A stretch of DNA of 64,000 nt, taken from Callorhinchus milii (Eukaryota). The notes under the pieces are model-generated. The model had not been told where the DNA came from. It did no database searches and saw only the letters and a list, made by a program, of their open reading frames with translations. The stretch is taken from the NCBI RefSeq assembly GCF_018977255.1, contig NW_024704770.1, forward strand, positions 3,100,001 through 3,164,000, read 5' to 3'. Below, in pieces: positions 12,301 to 26,267 of the stretch (position 1 is its first letter; every line of letters begins with the position of its first letter). The position numbers and the translations under genes were made by a program.

Positions 12301-13119
12301 GCGGCAAGCCTGAGATGCGCGTGCCTCCCCTCCCGTGTGACTTGTGTGTTCTCCGAGGCCAATAAACTGGTGGAACTGGCTTGATGGGCTGAATGGCCTC
12401 CCTTTCTCTCTCTCTCTCTCCTTTTCCTGTCAGAGCTGGGGAGCCCAGACACAAAACCCAAACCTGGGAATCCTCGGAATGTGGAACCGGTTTGTCCACG
12501 TCTGAGAGGAGAAATGAGTAATGGGGAGGGGGAGAGGAGGGGAGGGTGTCGCTGCTGTCAGTGTCACTCACTGACAATTCCTTGACTTGGGTACAGTTTT
12601 GCTTCATACCTAGCGTTGGGTTGGGGAGTCGACTGTAGGCGGGGGGGTGGTGGGGGTGGGGGTGGGGGCAGGGGTTGATAGGGATGGAAAGGGACCTCCC
12701 CCCAACACACACAAATGCTCTGACTAGTGGTGTCTGGGCTCAGGCACGCACGCTATCCTTCCACACGCCAGCCACTCACCGCAGGGGGGCATCCCTGCCA
12801 AGTGTAGTGACTGTGCATGTTCCGCAGCGACCTCTTCACCCCTTGAAGTGAGGACGTGACCTCTGACCTCGGGTTGTACAACATCCAGAGCTATTTCCCG
12901 GCCTTTGGGTGGGATGACCTCCGAACCCTTGACCAAACCCCAAACCAAAAAAGAAACTTTTTAAGTCTTTACCTGGCCCGCGGGCCGCCAGGGTCACCTG
13001 TGTCACCTGGCCTTTAAGTCGTCTGTGTCACGTGCCTCTGGCGCCTTGTGTGGCGCTGGTGGGATAAGTGTCGGCCAAAGTGTTAAAGGGGCGCTCGGCA
13101 CTCACCTGCAGACCCGAGC

Positions 13120-13390
13120 ACCAACTGCCTTCTCCCACCCGGCTGTGACTGACAGGTCCAGCAGCCAATGGGGTAGCGCAATAGCCTGATTGATTGGGAG
13201 GCGGGAGGGGCGATAGAACCAATCAGCGACAGGAGAGGGGGCGGGATCTCAGTCCTGGTTCACGCCCACTTCACTGAGCCCCGCATTGACGGCCTCCCGT
13301 CCAATGGCGAGCGTGGATTTCTGATTGACAGCCGATCAGGCCAACGGGAGGTGGGAAGGAGGGCGGGAGCGGCGGCGCCGGGTTACGGGT
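13120..13390. promoter_or_regulatory. Bidirectional CpG-rich promoter of TMEM205/CCDC159
   Basis: Several CCAAT/ATTGG boxes (about 13165, 13193, 13219, 13301) and GC boxes (ggggcggg) between head-to-head genes, the same arrangement as in human. Confidence 0.7.
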
Positions 13391-13679
13391 GCCCACGTGT
13401 AACAAAGCCGCACTGCACTGTCTGTGCGCTCACAGCCCAACACTTCAGCTCAGTCCATCTGCACCGACCAACAGGTACAAGCAAACGCGTTTTATTGCAC
13501 ATCACCTCGAAATATCTTTCCATCTCAAAACTACCTGTGGTCCAATTTTTTGCACTTCTGTTACTTCAGTGTAAATAATAACACTGAATATTAATAATAA
13601 TATTGACGCGCTCCGGGACGCTACCCCGGATGCACGGCGCTGTATCAATGCAACTTACTGTCGTTGCAATAATAATTCT

Positions 13680-13980
13680 TGAGTTTTCACGTCTTTGAAG
13701 CGTCTCAAAGTGCTTCACAGGATACACTGTAAAGTGTAGTGACTGTGTGTGTTTTGCGGGCAGGCAAAGCGCCCAGACAGTAGTGGATTGAGGTAAATAA
13801 ATTATTATTATTATTTCTTTTTGGAGGGATTATTATCCGCCAATCGACCAACAACCGGGTTCCTACTTACTGATGGTAAACAGAGGCCAGTGTGCGGAGT
13901 GAGGAAACCTGCCCGATGGGAATCGAACCCGGGTCCTCTCGCTTGCGAGACGAGCGCTCTAACAACTGAGCTGCAGCCTT
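13680..13980 (-). mobile_element. tRNA-Ala-derived SINE
   Basis: Head gctgcagctcagttgttagagcgctcgtctcgcaagcgagaggacccgggttcgattccc (A and B boxes) plus the family core and tail. Confidence 0.85.
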
Positions 13981-14681
13981 CCACAAACACGTCACCACTT
14001 AATTCAACAATGATGCCAAGGAAAAACACTTATTTTGTAAATAATAATAATTGTTACTACTATTCAATGTAAACTTTCAAAAATATTGATATAAATGTAA
14101 AGTGTTTCCATAGCATAAATGTAACCACTTATTTCCATAGTGTAAATACAAACTATTTGCTTCAGTAATATAAATGTAACCATTTACTCTAACAGTATTG
14201 AATAATATCATTATAACAAAATGTAAACTGATAATAATCCTTGCATTTGATATAGCGCTTTTTCAGGTCTTTGAGACGGCTCAAAGAATAAACTGTATAG
14301 CGAATTGTTTGTACATTTGTACATTTGTGGGCGAAACGCAGCAGCCAATTGCACACAGCAGTGTCCCACAAACAGTCGTGGATTGAAGTGACCAATTTAT
14401 TATTTTTTTTTCTTGAGGGTTTATTATCGGGCGTGTGGAGTAAGGAAACTTGGCCAAGGTTTTTCGCTCTGCCCGGGAATCAAACCCAGGTCTCTTGTGT
14501 TAACTCAATGTCTGATGTAACTGTTTATTTCACTACTAATATAGAAAGTCCATCGCTATTCGAAGGTAATGTTGTTGTTGGAGACTTCATGTTAGTTTAG
14601 AGTGAGATTTCTCACTGTAGCTGTTAAATGGTGACATGTGTGATCTGTTCTCTGTGTCTACAGATTGATTATAGTTTGGAT

Positions 14682-17600
14682 ATGAACACTGACATTTCAC
14701 TAATGTCTCGAATAGTTTCAGACAGTGAAGGAGATACATTGGTAAGTGTTACCCAGCACACACAGGTGTATTTTGCCCACAAAACACACGGTCACTACAC
14801 TTTACAGTATATCCGCTCTGAGACTCAAGGACTTGATCAGCCGCTGTATTAAATGCAAGGATTATTATTATTATTACAGGGACCACTGACTCTTTGGGAG
14901 GGAATCAAGTAAACCTCACATAAGTCCTGGGACCGACCATGCATTTAATACGACTTCTGCAAACTATGAGTTATGTCAAACTTGCATATAATAATATTAA
15001 TCCTTGCATTTGATACAGCGCCTTATCACGTCGTCGAGACGTCTCAATGCACTTCACAGAATATACTGTAAAGTGACTGTGTATCTTGTGGGCGAAATGC
15101 CGCAGCCAATTGAATATAAACTCTGGAACGGGAACTTGGGCGGATGTGCGATTTAGGAGGTTATACGATTAAGGAGCTCTATCAAATACAAGGATTATTA
15201 TTATTATTATTTATACGGATCAGACTTCTGCGAGTTTTACTGCATACTTTAAAGGAGCCAGACAGAGTAGTGAGGGACTCAGTTAAGGAGGAAAGCCTCT
15301 GGTGGGCAATATCCAGAGCCCCTCCTTCCTTCCCCCTCGGCTGGAGGTGCCCGTGTGTGGGGGACAGGATTGAGTTGTGTTTCTTTGCCCCCCCCCCTCC
15401 AGCCTCACACCCCCGCCACAGCTCACTGTCCAGACCTGCACGTGAAGACTGTGGTGGAGGTTAACGTCCCAGCAATTTCTGCCAGTTCACAAATATGAGT
15501 GAATTTCCTCTGATATTATTCTCTTTCCTTGCAGCAGACTCTGAAATTTGGAGGCTGTCATCAGAAAGGTGGGATTACACCGACAATCGCTCCCAATGGT
15601 CTCCCAGCGTGGGCACGGGGGGGGGGTGAGGTGGGGGTAGGGGTGGGGGAGGGAATGGGATTACAGAGTCCGGTGGGGGAGCGAGCACCAGCACAGACAC
15701 GATGGGGAGAGAGAGAGAGAGAGAGAGCAGGGAATGGGATTAGAGGAGAGAGCCCCAGTGGGGAGGTGTCTGCTGTAACCTACCTTGTGCTGTAGGCAGT
15801 CTGTCGCTGTACAGGGGCTAATGTTTCGGGGTTGCGGGGTAGTTGATCGCAGGCTGAGACCACGTTTGGGGTTTTCCAGAGAATGCGTTTAACAAAGTGC
15901 GGAATTTCAGCGAGACCCACTGCCCCGCCCCGGCCGAAACCAAACATGTGGGGGACGAGCTGGAGGTCATCAAGTTCCACATCGAGGTCCAGACACGGGT
16001 ACGGTGACACCTGTTTAACACGGAACACACGTCTAACACGCTGCCGCATAGCTTTCCTAACACGCTACAGCCCCGCGCTTAACACACGACCGTAACATGT
16101 CCAACTCGGGATGCGTGGGGGAAACATAGGAACAGGAGGATGCCATTCAGCCCCTCGAGTCTGCTCCGCCAATCTATGGCTGATCTGTACCTCAACTCCA
16201 ATTACCCGCCTTTGCCCCATATCTCTTGATTCCCCGATTTAACAAACAACACTCCAGAGGGGCGGGCGGGCGGGTCGGTGGGGGGAGGACGTGTCTTGCG
16301 GAGTCAGTACCAGTTCGGCTCCCACACTCTCGTCTGTGTCCATCTGTCTTCAGACCATTGAGTCTCTGAACCAAACGGTCAGCCTCCTGGCAAAAGAACG
16401 CAGCCACCATCAGCAGCAGATCCGGCTCCTGGAAGGTAATGGGAACTCGGGATTGAGTGACCACATGAGTTAATTTTTTGGGGAGGCATTGTTATTATTA
16501 GTATTATTAAACCCCCCCAGATCGACTTGTCAACCGGGTTCCTACTTGTAATTTGGGGGATTCTGGTCTGTATCAGGTTGAGCATCGCGCAAGTGGACGA
16601 GTCAAAGCAGAGGTGAAACTGGCAGTTTCCTTATCACACAGGTAATAATAATCCTCAAAAAAAAAAATAAATTGGTCATTTTCATCCATGATGTTTGTGG
16701 ATTGCTGTGGCAATTGTTGCGCGTTCGAATATACAGTCAATTTTTCATTGTTGTGAACGCTTTGGACGTCTGACGTGAAGCTATTTGAGTTTTATTATTT
16801 TATTTTTATGGGTACAGGGCGTGTGTGGGGAGTAAAGAAACTTGCTGAAGGTTTTGCCCTCCCGCCTGGGAATTGAACCCGGGTCCTCTCGCTTGTAACC
16901 GCTACCCTACAGGACTCCACCCAAAACGCACAGTCGATGGCGGGGGGAGGTGGGGGGGTGGAGGGGGGGGTGCTCTGCTGTTTGGATGACGCTTGTTACT
17001 GTGCTCAGCGGAGGTCAGGCGGCTGAACATGTGCGGCAACATCGAGGAGGAGAGGGTGTGTCTGATCATCGACAGGAAGCTGGAGGAGTGGAAGAAGGAG
17101 GTGATGGTGGACCTGGGGAAGAGCGGGGAGTGTGCAGCCCCGGAGGCCCAGTGCTGCGGCGAGACCCCCACCCAGAGCCAGGAGCTCGCCTCCGAGATCC
17201 ACGAGAGGTGAGGAGCGAGTGAGTGAGCGAGCGAGCGAGAGAGCGGCCGGCGAGAGAGCGATCTCAGTTTACAGCGAGGAAGGTGTTAACACCATCTCCC
17301 CCCCTCTCCCTCCCTCTCCCTCTCCCCCCTCTCCCTCTCCCTCCCTCTCCCTCTCTCTCCCTCCCTCTCCCTCTCCCTCTCTCCTCCAGCAAAAAGTTCC
17401 TGTGGGAGGAGTGCGAGTCGTTGCGGAAAGAGATAGAACAGATCAACCGGAAACTCAGTCAGTGTCCGCGCTGGGGGAGGGGCTTTCAGCGTGGGGGAGG
17501 GGCTTGGAGCTTAAGGGAGGAGCTTGCAGACCGGGGCGGGCTTTGCAGCCCGGGGGGGGAGGGGCTGCAGTGACCTGACTGACACTGATACGCTGTAAAG

Positions 17601-19483
17601 TGTAGTGACTGTGTGTTCTGTGGGTTACAGGTGTTCAGGAGGACGACCTGTTAACCAGTCTGACGGACTGTAAAATGCTCCGTCAAAATCAGAAGAAATA
17701 TAACCAGGTGCGACACTGTGGGGGAGGGGAGGGGGGGGTGGGGGGGGGGAGCGTGTGTGTGTGTGTGTGTGTGTGTGGGGGGGGAGGGGGGAGGTGTGGG
17801 GGGTGAGCGGCAGTGTCTGTGTCACTGACCGCTGTTGGTTTGTTGCAGATTCTAGAGAGGTTAATACAGAGATGCCGACAAGTGCAGTCAGTAGAGCCCG
17901 AGGAGGAGCTGAAAGACATCAAGTAGGTGGTGTGGAGGGGAGGGGAGGACAGACGAGGAAGGCGGGGAGGGGAGGGGGGGGGTGGGAGGGCAGGCGAGGG
18001 GGTGGGGGTGGGCAGCTAACTAACAGCCTCTCTCTCTCTCTCTCTCTCCCAGACTCGCCATGCAGGACATGCAGGAGCAGATCCAAAACCTGTGTCACTT
18101 CAACAAGCAGAGCAGCGCCGTGTCCAAGACCAAGAAAGGTCAGACTGTCCCCAGGGGTGGGGCAGCACCGGGCGTCACGCACCGCAACAACTTGCATTTC
18201 ACACGGCGCCCCCTCACGCGGAGGAAGGTCCTCAGGCGCGACCGGGAGATAGGGAAGGAAAGGGGCGAGGCGGTGAGATCGAGGAAGAGCGTGTCCCAGA
18301 GTTTCGGGGCGTAGCGGCTGAAAGCACGGCTGCCGATGGTGGAACGGAAGGCACGAGGGCCAGGGCCAGGCAGGAGGCTGGAGCCGGGCGAGCGGAGGCA
18401 GCGGGCGGTGGGTTTTGGGGGGGGGGGGGTAAGCGGGTCGGAGAGTGAGGGAGGGAGGTGTCAGGGCATGAAGGGATTTGAAAATGAATGATGAGAGGAT
18501 CTTGAAATCGATCTGTTCGGCGATAGGGATCCAGTGTATACAGCAAACAGCGCACACAGCACACAGCGTATACAGCACACACAGCAAACAGCGCACACAG
18601 CACACAGCGTATACAGCACACACAGCGTATACAGCACACAGCGTATACAGCACACACAGCAAACAGCGCACACAGCACAACGAACAGACACAGGTATACA
18701 GCACACAGAACACAACAACAGCCAACAGACAGCGACAACAAGCGATACAGACACACACAGCAAAACAACAGCATCAGCACACAGCACAGCGCCACACACA
18801 GCGTTACAGCACACAGGAACAGCACACAGCGTATACAGCAACACAGAACAGCGCACACAACAGCAACACCAGCGTATACAGCAAACATACAGCACACACA
18901 GCAAACAGCGCACACAGCACACACAGCAAACAGCGCACACAGCAAACCGCGCACAGCACACAGCGTATACAGCAAACAGGCGCACACAGCAAACAGAGGA
19001 GAGACGGCACCGTGCACACAGCTCCCGGCTGCTGAGCTAACCGTCCCTGTCTGGTTTCACAGCAAGAACCATTGTGTGCGGCCGTAAGGAGTTAATGGAG
19101 AACAGCTCTCCAACGTCTCGGATTCCGACGTGAGTTACCCGCCCGCCACCCCCCACCCTCGTGTCAGGCGTCAGTCCCTCTGTGTCATTCCCCGCTCCCC
19201 CCGCCCCCTCCCCCTCCTGAGGCCATTCCTCACTGTGAGCCTCCAGGTCACACCTGGGACAGGTAAGAGCATCACTGTGTGTATCCGCTTGTTAAACCAG
19301 CGCAGGAGAGCCCTGGACCAGCCGTTACTGTATCACACTGTCCACTCTCTCTTTCCTCACAGACGGACACTTGGTGACCGGGACGAGCCGGAGACAAGCC
19401 CCCGCCCCCTGCTACCTGGCCCCGCCTCCATCTCCAGCCCCGCCCCGCCCCACCCAGCGGGACTGAGGCAGCCAGCGGCTTAA
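14682..19483 (+). CDS. CCDC159: Coiled-coil domain-containing protein 159
   Basis: Phase-consistent exons 14682-14741, 15535-15568, 15880-15998, 16354-16435 (TIESLNQTVSLLAKE), 17009-17207, 17390-17457 (SKKFLWEECESLRKEI), 17631-17707, 17849-17922, 18053-18138, 19063-19129, 19363-19483. The stop overlaps AATAAA. Head-to-head with TMEM205. Start codon uncertain. Confidence 0.82.
18536..18995. repeat. Degenerate (CACAG/CGTATA)n satellite in a CCDC159 intron
   Basis: Recurrent cacacagcgtatacagca and cagcaaacagcgcacacag units. Confidence 0.85.
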
Positions 19484-21447
19484 TAAAGATGGGAAGTGAG
19501 AGGGCGGCTCTTGCTCTCTTACTACCTGCTCACAGGTGTCAGAGCCAGCAGTGGAGGGCACCGAGGTGTTGGGGTTGCGGGGGCGGGGGGAGAGGTTGTG
19601 TGTGTCGGTGGTGGGGGGGGGGGGGGGCAGAGGGTTGGGGTGTGGGAGAGGCTGGGGTTTGAGGTGGGGTGGCGGAGGGTGGCGGACACCAGCTTGGGAA
19701 GCGTTGGGAAGCGGGGCAGCTGGCAATCGAGATCCTTCTACCCAAACCTGCCTGGGGACCTCTCCCCCTCTCCCCCCCTCTCTCTCTCTCTCTCCCCCCA
19801 AACCATGGCGTGACTCAGGCCCTTCGTGAAGAGGTGAAATTGGAAACGTTTATTGGAATCAATGTGGATTTACACTTCATATTCACAATATGTACACGGA
19901 CCGAGCGCTGTGGGGAAGAGGGGGAGTTTCAGACCCCAGACATCACATCACACCACATCACTCCAAAATAAATAGTTGCACCAACTCCCCCGGCCTCGAG
20001 AACAAACCCCAACCCTAGCTTAAGTGCCCAAACCCCTACCATTACCTGTAACCATACCCATGACAGCCAAACCCTAACCCAACCCCTAGCCTAGAGAATA
20101 AGCCCTACCCTTACCTTGGAGCCCATAACCCTATGTCACAGGGGGCTCGCTGGGAACCACAGGGTAAGACTGTCCTCTGAATTTTAGCTCCTCTCATGGA
20201 GACACAATAACAACAGCAGAAGTCTCACTCTGTGCCCCCGTCCCCGCACCCCCACCTCGCGCTCACTGCTGTGGGATTCCCAAGGCCTCAGCAGAGGGAG
20301 GGGAAGCTTCTGATTGTGGGCAGCCCAGACCTTGACCCTGTGGGCTGTTGGGCTGATTCCCGGATTAGTGTGATCTCCCCCTCCCCCCGGACCCCCCCCC
20401 GCCCGGGATTTCTGCACATCTTAAAATGACAGCCCACGCCCCGTCCCCCCATACACACACACACCGCCCCCATTAGTGCAGTATTTTTAATCTTATGACA
20501 TAGCCAGTGTCCAAAACAGGTGGCCAAACCCTCAACTCTTCAGTGTTTACACTTTTCGTTGTAGTAACAATACAATACAAACCCCCAGCCCTCCCACACC
20601 CGCACCCCCCCCCCCCCGGGGTTTGGTGTATGTGATTGGCAGGGAGCGATTATCAATACAGCAGTCCTTGCATTTGCACCTTATCACGTCGTTGAGACGT
20701 CTCAAAGCGCTTGACAGCAGACACAGTAAAGTGGGGCGACTGTGTACTTTGTGGGAGCGATGGGGCAGCCGATTGTGCCCATCGGCGTACCCACAAACAG
20801 CCGTGTCTGTCAACAGTCGGCAATATTTAGAAGGAAGCAGATTTGTGTCCAGACTCGCGCACACACGCGGACATCAGTAGTATGAGAGAGCGAGGACTGT
20901 ACCCCACCTCGTCTCCCACCATTAGCTACGCAAACAGTAATAAAATAATGATCTGATTGAGCGCCTAATGTCACCTTGCCTTAAACGTCAAGTGTTGTAG
21001 CGACTGGGTTTGGAGTTGAAGTCAGCAGCCAATTCGCACACAGCGGCATCGAACAAACAGCTGGGACCTGAGGTGGAAGAGATTTTATCCGGGGAGAGGG
21101 GGGATTGTCAGCCAGGACACCAGGAGAAATGTCCCATCACTTTTCCCCACAGCGCTGCAGGAGATCTTTATCGTTCCCCCCCACCCAAACAGGGACAGTA
21201 ATCCTCCCCCCACCCCCAGCCCCCACACACACTGCACCTTAATCCAAAGCGTCTCACACCTCTGCAAGGGACAGCAACACTGACCCTCGGGGAGAAATTG
21301 TTAATGGGGCACATAGTAAAGAAAAAGGGGGTGGGGGAGAAAGAAAGCTCTGTGTACAATCGTATGTGTGTGTGTGGGGGGGGGGGGGCTGCTTTAATTC
21401 CTTGTGGTGGGCAGGTGGACCCAGCGCTGAGCAGGAGCCATCTCTGG

Positions 21448-24400
21448 TCACAGGAAGACAAACTCGTCTGTTCCAGTGCTGGTGTGACGGGACCTGGAGA
21501 TCAGGGCAGTGGGGTCAGGGGAGTCCACCCTCACCTCGTCCAGAGCATAGTCCTGAGCACAGCCCTCAGCAAAGGTAAAGATGGGGTATTTCTCCCCATG
21601 CGTAGAGCCCAGCAACTGGGGGGAGAGAGAGAAAGAGAACACAGGCATCAGGACACAGCACAGGCAGCGAGCTAGACACCACCTCACACCCACACACAGC
21701 TTCACACACCCTCACCTCCCCTAACACACACAGCCTCACACACACCAACACACAGCCTCACACACACTAACACACAGCCTCACACACACTAACACACAGC
21801 CTCACACACACTAACACACAGCCTCACACACCCACCCTCACCCCCACACACACGCACACACACACCCTCACATACACACCCCACCACACCCACACTCTAG
21901 CACACCTTCACACCTCCCACACTGGGAGTGAGACACTCACCGCAGTGACGTGTTTACACAGATCCAGGAAGTCGTCTCTGGTTTTTGCATAGAAGCCAAT
22001 GGTGCAGCTCGGATCCATTTTACTGAAAGCCATTTTCCGTGGAGAGAAACAATGAAAGGACTGCGGAGAAATGAGAGAGACTCACAGCTCATAGACATAC
22101 ACACAGCTCAGTGCAGACACACACACGCACAGCTCAGTACAGACACACACACACTCAGCTCAGTACAGACACACACACGCATAGCTCAGTACAGACAAAG
22201 ACACAGCTCAGTATAGAGACACATACACCCACACAGCTCACGCTCTCTCTCTCCCAGGCTCTCCTTACCTCCAGAGGGAAGCCGGGCTTCGTGACATCGA
22301 CCACAGGCTGGCAGTAATGAGGGTCCAAGTAGAGGAGGAAATCATCTGTAAAGTGAAAGCATCAGTCATCCAGCGTCCGTGGGAGTGCATGTGTGTGTGT
22401 TGTTTGTGTAGGTGTGTGTGCACAGGCGTGTGTGTAGGGGTTTCCGTGTGTGGGTACTGGTGTATACGTACGTGTATGACCATGTGTGTGTATGTGTGTT
22501 TGTGGGTGCGCGTGTGTGTGTGTGTGTGGGGGTGGGGGGGGGCTGTGTGTAAGCAGGGGTCCTGCTCCTCGGAGACCATTTTGTCTTTAAATTTACACAA
22601 CTGGAGAAATTCTTACATTACCTTTAAAATTTTTATTTTTTTGTGTATAAAACAAAGCGGTGAAAGCAGCTTTCAAACTAAGAGCGGGGGGAATTTGAGG
22701 CCCTGGGGGTCCCTGAGCGACCTGGAGCCCACCCGCGAGCCCGCCAGCAACAACAACTTGCACCTATATAACCCCCTCCACGCAGGGCAGCGTCTAAAGA
22801 GAGCTTGACACCCACCTTGGAACCCGATGAAGTACAGCGAATGTTTTGGTTTCCCCCCGATAATCCCCACACAACACTCCAGCCTCAGCACTTCCTGTAA
22901 CAGGCAGACACGTCACCCACTCAACAACAACAACAACAAATGACATTTACACAGCGCCTTTCACATCAGGAGGATGTCCTCAGGTGTTACAGACAGTCAG
23001 GGATTTGGACCCAAGCTGAGGGTTGGGATCAGGAGGGGTGGAGGGCGGGGAGGGTTAGCGGTAGGAGGGTGACCGCAGGCGCAGTCGAAGAGGAGGGTCT
23101 TGAGATGGGCCTTGAAGGAGGCGAGTTGAGGGGGAACGAGGCAGAGGGAGTTCCAGGGGGTGGTACAAAGAGAGAGGGGACAGTGCAGCTGACCACACAG
23201 GGGAGCCGGCGAGAGAGAGAGAGAAAAAGAGGGGAGAGGCCTGCAACCCCCTACGCACACACAAGGTCTTTTAGAATTATAATAATAATAGTAATCCTCG
23301 CATTTGATACAGTGCCTTATCACGTCTTCGAGACGTATCAAAGCGCTTCACAGAACACACTGTAAAGTGGAGGGACTGTGTATTTTGTGGGCGAAACATG
23401 GCAGCCAATTGAAGTGACCAAATTATTATTATTATATTTTATCGACTAACAACCAGCTTCCTACTTACTGCTCGGTAAACAGAGGTGTGTGGAGTAAGGA
23501 CATTTGCCCAGTGTTTTGCCCTGACCCGCCTGGGAATCAAACCCAGGTCCTCTCGCTTGCGAGGCGAGCGCTCTAACCACTGAGCTACAGGGCTCCAAGA
23601 TCCTTTTACCTTCACACACTCCATGTAGACTGGGTTCAGCGTCTCTCCTCCCAAGCGAGCTGGAACCAGGATAATGACTGACTTCCAGGCCAGGCCAGGC
23701 TGTCCCGAGCACACGTTCATCACGTCTCCCTTGTACACTGCCCGACGGGAGGAAAACACGGTCAACAAAGGGGCCTGGGGTTTCAATAGTCTCTGAGCTC
23801 AGTGACAGTGAGGAGCAGGTTCCGGCAGTGAGTGCACACTCACCTGTACAGTCCTGAGCCACGTACACAGCTATATCCAGGCCTTCAGCCTCCTCTACTT
23901 TAGTCACAGCCTTCCTGAGAGAGAGGGAGCGACAGAGAGGGAGAGAGAGAGAGAGAGAAAGACAGACAGAGAGAGAAAGACAGAGAGGGAGACAGAGAGA
24001 GGGAGAGAGAGGTTACACATACAAGGAGTTACACGTTGCCCACGTGGAAGGGAAGTGTTACAATAAATGTTATAATAATAATAATTGCTGCATTTTATAT
24101 ACCTCTGAAAGCGCTTCACAGCATACACTGTAAAGTCTAGTAACTGTGTGTTTTGTGGGTGAAATAGAGAGAGGGGTTACACAGCACGGCGAGGAGTTGA
24201 GTTACACGTTACCCACACAGGGAGGAGGCGAGCTACGCGCAGGACAGGACAGCGACACGCGTGACAGGGCGGTGTGAGCACTGACCGGATTATATGAGCC
24301 ACAATGGACGGCCCGTACCAGTCCCCGGCCTTCTTCCCTGAGCTCTTGCCGTAGGCGACCAGCTGGTGCACACCGAAGGCGGCCTTGGGGTGATCACCGA

Positions 24401-26267
24401 ACCAGGCCACCACCCTCCTGTGCTCCCTCTCTTCCCGTCCCGGAGTTGTGACGCTGACCGGCCTCCGGGCCTGGCTCGAGGCAGGCGCAGCCCGTGGGCC
24501 TCCGGCTCGCCCTCCTCCGCCTCCTCGCTCCTGCTGGGAGCTGAGGACCTCGGGAATGACTGGCCACGACACTATGCCCGTCCTGGCCTTCGACGGGGAC
24601 TTGGGCTCGGACTCAGTCTCGGCGCTGAGTAAGGCATCCGGCCAGGTCCAGTCTGTAACCAGCAACACACACACAGTCATCCACAGTCACAGCCCCTCTC
24701 TTGGTATCAACGTCTCAAAGCGCCTCACAGGACACGCTGTAAACTGCAGTGACTGTAAGAGGAGGAGGGGGGAGAGAGTGGGGGCGGGAACACAAGGGGA
24801 GGAGGGAGGGAGGGAGGGAGGGGGGAGAGTGAGCTGGGAATGAGGGGCAGGAAGAAAGGAGGGGGTGGTGGGGAACGTACTTCGGGACAGCAGGTGCACC
24901 AGGAGACCCTGAGCTAGTAGCATCTGGCCACTACGCAGCATACAGCCCCAGCCGCAGTCGGTGGTCCACACAGAGCCCTCCAGTGGGGGGAACTCCCGTC
25001 GGTACGTCAGCCAAATCCGGGAGGCAAAGTCCTTCCTGAACAAGGACACAGCAGGCATCGGCCGGGTCTGGTTTTCTCCCGGGGGGACCTTCAACATTAA
25101 ATCTGACACTGAGACACAGAGAGAGAGAGAGTGATGTATAAAAATTAGTTGCCATCGCTTTATAACACACACACAAAACAATCTACAACCCACCCCCTCC
25201 TTTGCCTCCTTCAAGGCACGTCTTGAGACCCTCCTCTTCGACCACACCTTCGGCCACCCTCCTACCCTCCTACCCCACCAGCCATCTCGCTCCCCCCCCA
25301 CCAGCTCAGGTCCAAATCCCTGACTGTCCAGCGCCTTGGGATGTCCTTCCAACATGAAAGGCGCCGCATAAAATGTCATTTTGTACCATATTGTACAAGA
25401 ACTTGCATTTATATAGCGCACTCACACGGGGCAGGGTCTCGGAGCACTCGACACTTTACCTGCTGAATCGAAACAGTAATGCCTTCCCAGCAGGTAGATG
25501 GGAGACGTTTTGCTGAAGTTTGTCTTTCCTTTCACCACCCAACCTGCAGAGAGAGACAGAGAGATACAAACATACACAGAGTCAGACACACAAACAGAGC
25601 CAGACACAGGCAGACACATACTGCGGTTAGAGCCAGGCCATTTACGAGTGAGATCAATTTTTCACCCAAAGGCTAGTGGAAATCTGGAACTCTCTCTCTC
25701 TCTCTCTCTCTCCCGCCCCCAAAAGGCTGTGGATTATGGCTGGATCCATTCGCATTTTCCAGACTGATGTGGAGAGATGTTTGTTAGGTCAGGGGATCAA
25801 GGGATATGGGGCAAAGGCTGGGTCATTGGACCTGAGGTACAGATCAGCCACGATCTTCTGGAATAGCAGAACAGGCTCGAGGAGCTGAATGGCCTCCTCC
25901 TGTTCCTATAGGTTTGGTCCTGTCAGAGGCTCCTGATGCTGAACCTGCACTAACTATAACAACAAATTACTCTTGTACAGTGTCTTCCACGTCAGGAAGA
26001 CGTCCCAAGGCGCTGGAAACAATCCCGTGTGAACAATCAGCTCCTACCGTATTTGACGTTGTTCCAGGCTGACATCAGCTTGGCTTTGAGCTTGTCCACC
26101 TCATCGGGCTCCTCGCTGGCGGCCGGCTTCTCCGCTGTGCCGCAGTGTCCGTTCCAGCCGAGGCTCCTCTCTCCAACCCCCGGCACCAGCACCTTCCTGG
26201 GGTCCGAGGTTTGCCCCTCATCCTGGCTCTGGATGTACTGAGCCGTGGAGGGCGAAACGGAATTCAT
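21448..26267 (-). CDS. ATG4D: Cysteine protease ATG4D, 511 aa
   Basis: Exons 26048-26267, 25460-25543, 24881-25102, 24286-24652, 23844-23914, 23610-23737, 22816-22894, 22269-22345, 21941-22060, 21448-21615 (1536 nt). N-terminus MNSVSP, DEVDK site, catalytic DCGWGCMLR and YLDPH, C-terminal LIR EFVFL*. Confidence 0.96.
23280..23597 (-). mobile_element. tRNA-Ala-derived SINE, near full length; its head lies 12 bp from an ATG4D splice donor
   Basis: ggagccctgtagctcagtggttagagcgctcgcctcgcaagcgagaggacctgggtttgattccc head, core and (att)n tail. Confidence 0.85.

Noticed and set aside
12440-12470. QVWV..FVSG-like text resembling TMEM205 exon 1
   Set aside because: It needs a frameshift, and the true exon is at 11589-11688. 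Probably chance similarity.
17919-19040. Cys/Val-rich ORFs resembling metallothionein or keratin-associated proteins
   Set aside because: They are translations of a CA-rich satellite and an L2 fragment, open in several frames on both strands.
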